Assembly (NCBI GenBank): GCA_030264375.1 | Contig: JASCQW010000132.1 | Coordinates: 82,496,217 to 82,560,216, forward strand | Direction: 5' to 3' | DNA length: 64,000 bases | Origin: Carcharhinus longimanus | Lineage: Eukaryota | In this document: positions 61,216-64,000 of the stretch, one piece after another | How the letters are laid out: each line of letters starts with the position of its first letter | How positions within the stretch are numbered: position 1 is the first letter of the stretch | The notes under the pieces: generated by a model | Database searches by the model: none | Seen by the model: only the letters and a program-made list of their open reading frames with translations | What the model was told of the DNA's origin: nothing | Program-made: the position numbers and the translations under genes

Positions 61216-62194
61216 CCCGTCCTTGCTAACTACTAGATGTATACCTCCACCTTGTGTACTAAATGTGTGTTCTCAACTTTAAAGATTAAAGAGGTATCGA
61301 ATTGGATAGGAAAGTATGGATTTGGTTTTAGCAGAGTAATGGTCAGAGTTGTAAGGATCAGTTCCCAAAACACCACTAAAAAATTGAATGTGTGGTTTAA
61401 TTTTTTAATTTATTTAATTATTGTAAATCAGTTGCTCACATGTCATCCCTTAAATGACATGAACGCCCCTATTTATCACAAACCAATTAGCCCGAACGCT
61501 GCCACATGACATCTTTGTGTGTGGGTGTAATCTTTAATTCTTGGTAATAGTTTCCACTGCCTACATTTAAAATAGAAATTTTCTGTGCAAACTTGTTTTC
61601 TGTAATTACACACATTACAACATGTGAAAACACTACAATGGGACCACCAGTAGATCAGTGTAATTACCATGTGACCAGTTTACTTGGATTGTTTGGACAC
61701 AGAAAATTATAACAATTATAAAAACAAAGAGAGAATACATGACTGTAAATTGTGGACTGCATTATTTTTGCAGGTTCTGGTTTGATTATCTCTACCCTGG
61801 AGCCAAGCTTTACCTGAAGACTTGGCCTTGACTCCCTGTGCGCAATACCGTGGGAGATTGTGCCCTGCATGTAGCAACCATTTCCTCTTGTCACCTTCTT
61901 CCCTGATAGAAATACAGCAGCCTAAGGTGGAAATGAAAATGTAGGTCAATTCACTTACCCTGAGCCAAATGGCTTCTAGAAAGGCCTATGAAATTAGGAA
62001 TCCAGAAGGGGAGAGTGTTTAAACTAAATGAAAGTTTCAGTGGAAGGTGGTCTGCTTCAGTGTGGTGATTTTCTGTTTTTTGGGCTTAGTTTGTTGGCAA
62101 TGGACATAGTGAATGGCAACAATCAGGATGTTATCTGCCAAATTTTTATAACACTTGATACTTAATAATTTAGTCTATCGACCGGATTATCACC

Positions 62195-62356
62195 TCTGCT
62201 TGGAAACATGAAATCATTTGTTGACTGTCAAAATCCTGGAACCCCCTCCCTGTCAGCACTGTCACTGCACAGACTGCAACTTCTTCAGGGCAATTAGGAA
62301 TAGGCAACAAATACTGGCCTTGAAAGCAATGTTCACATCCCATGACTGAATAAAAA
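62195..62356 (+). mobile_element. Family-B LINE 3' end
   Basis: caaaatcctggaaccccctccc...gggcaattaggaataggcaacaaatactggcc. Confidence 0.7.
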
Positions 62357-62725
62357 GTATACATCAAATGAAACTTACATCCCTCGAGCCAATTCAGAAG
62401 TGGCCAATTCTAGTTCCTTGTGATGGTTAAAAAGTCCAATTTCTGAGCAATTTGACCTCTATTTGCCACTGTAAATGGGTTAATACAAGTTTCAGCAATA
62501 AGGAACTACTGTGTTGCTATGGAGTGAAACTCTCATATAACATAGCAAAGAAATAAATCTATGAAGAAATATTTATTCCAAAAAGAGGAGATTAATATTT
62601 ATACAACAATTTTTAATCAGGATGTCCCTAATATAAAATTCTCCTGAAGTATACTCAAGCTGTAGCAATGTAATGTCATTGAAATGTATTCCAGAAGTAT
62701 GACTGCAGTTTTTGTGTGTGTGTAG

Positions 62726-62851
62726 GATCAACGTAATATTGCTAGTTGGATGGTAGCCGACAAATTAGACCTCACGGCCCCAGAAGTAAGAAATGGCCAG
62801 TCTGCTGTACCTGCAACTGATGTTTTTGCTTACGGCTGCCTCCTTTTGTGG
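62726..62851 (+). CDS. STK31: STK31 exon, kinase subdomains VIII-IX (DQRNIASWMVADKLDLTAPEVRNGQSAVPATDVFAYGCLLLW)
   Basis: tgtgtgtag| ... tgg|gtatgt; 126 nt; APE and DVFAYG motifs. Confidence 0.95.
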
Positions 62852-62894
62852 GTATGTTGTAATTTGTAAAGGTCAGTCATGCTTGAACAACCAT

Positions 62895-63228
62895 GATTTT
62901 TATTTGAAAGGGTGAGTAAAGGAATGGGCAGCTGACTACCTGTGTTTGTTATTCGTATGGACTTGCCAAAGGCATTTGATAAGTCATTAATAAATAAGAC
63001 ACTGTTAATCTAAAATTGACACTCCTGGAATGAGGGCAACTAGTCAACATAGTTGGGCAATTGGCTGAGCAGCGAGAGACAGAATAGGGATAATGGGCAG
63101 TGTGTCTTTATTGACAGGGTGTGACTGCTGGTAACCCACAGGAAATAGTTTTGGGACCTCTGTATTGCAATTATTAATGACTCTGATGAGTAGGGAGCCA
63201 CACACCAGGTTTGTCATTGACACAAAAA
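62895..63228 (+). mobile_element. CR1 RT fragment
   Basis: MDLPKAFDK, NWLSSERQ, GNPQEIVLGPL. Confidence 0.65.
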
Positions 63229-63229
63229 T

Positions 63230-63845
63230 AGATGGCTATCAACATCCTGGGGTTCACTGACCAGAAATTGAATCTTATATGTGGCTGTAAGAGCAGTTTG
63301 GTGGTTAGGAATCTTGCGGCCAATAATTCACCTCCTGACTCCCTAAAGCCTGTTCACAAAACTCTCCACTTGTCTGCTCCAACAACATTCAAGAAGCTCA
63401 ACGCCATGCAGGACAAAGCAACCCACTTCATTGACACCACGTCCACTTCCTCTACCATTTGATGTAAATTAACAACTGTGTGCACTATCCACAAGATACA
63501 CTTCAGGAACTCATCAAGCTTCTTTAGATAGCACCTTTCAAACCCATGACCACTACCATCCAGAAGGACAAAGGCAGCAGATACCAGGGAACACCACCAC
63601 CTGCAAGTTCCCCTTCAAATCACTCAACAGTCCTGTTTTGGAAACATATTGCTGTTCCTTTACTGTCACTGGTTCAAATCCTGGAACTCGCTTCCTAACA
63701 GCACTGTGGGTGTACCCACACCACCTGCATTTCAGGGGTTCAAAAAGGTGGCTCACCACCATCTCCTCAAGGGTGATTAACAATAAATGTTGAACTAGCC
63801 AGTAATTCCCACATCCATTAAATGAGTGTTTAAAAAAAAAAAAAG
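63230..63845 (+). mobile_element. Family-B LINE 3' fragment
   Basis: APTTFKKLNAMQDKATHFI; long 3' tail ending in poly-A. Confidence 0.75.
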
Positions 63846-64000
63846 TAGTAGTAGGAAGAATAATATTACAAAGAAGTGCTGATAGTGAGTGGTGAAACCT
63901 GGAATATCTGAAGATCCAAAGAGATTAGAGATCCAGAAACGCAGAAAATAGGAGCCCTTTGAACCTGCTCTGCCGGTCAGTATGATCATGGTTGATTCTC

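Larger units (their letters stand above)
5670..62851 (+). other. STK31: STK31/TDRD8 gene body (partial; 16 internal coding exons; start and stop codons outside the window)
   Basis: Sixteen GT/AG-bounded exons splice into a stop-free 776-codon frame. It aligns colinearly, by recall, with vertebrate STK31 (FGDDLSEA, LRWKLVEK, WFPELPLLHPE, PMKELSSKRPLV, GIVGDFDFTK, AYGCLLLW). Confidence 0.96.

Noticed and set aside
1-64000. CRISPR arrays, operons, prokaryotic defence systems, rRNA or snoRNA genes
   Set aside because: No repeat-spacer arrays, gene-dense blocks or convincing RNA-gene motifs; this is vertebrate intronic DNA.

Overview
Eukaryotic, intron-rich vertebrate DNA. The repeat content (HE1/V-SINEs, HER1/CR1 LINEs, DeuSINE remnants) points to an elasmobranch, probably a shark; the assembly is a draft with many ~100-N gaps. 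One host gene runs through the window on the + strand: STK31 (TDRD8), a germline Tudor-domain pseudokinase. I traced 16 consecutive internal coding exons (5670-62851, 2328 nt, 776 codons). All have GT/AG boundaries and compatible phases, with no in-frame stop. They cover the end of the extended Tudor fold, the long helical/coiled-coil middle and kinase subdomains up to IX. The 5' Tudor exons and the last exons lie outside the window. Introns are a mosaic of decayed transposons: CR1, L2, RTE and Rex/Babar LINEs, a second CR1-group LINE with a partner SINE, Penelope elements, PIF/Harbinger fossils and several SINE families. I found no new multi-gene system. The best leads are small RNA structures inside mobile elements: palindromic Penelope-derived insertions with target-site duplications and hammerhead-like cores, an H-type pseudoknot in a SINE, and HE1 SINEs with two different 3' tails. 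Family names and human-protein comparisons come from recall, not database searches. Repeat boundaries are approximate.
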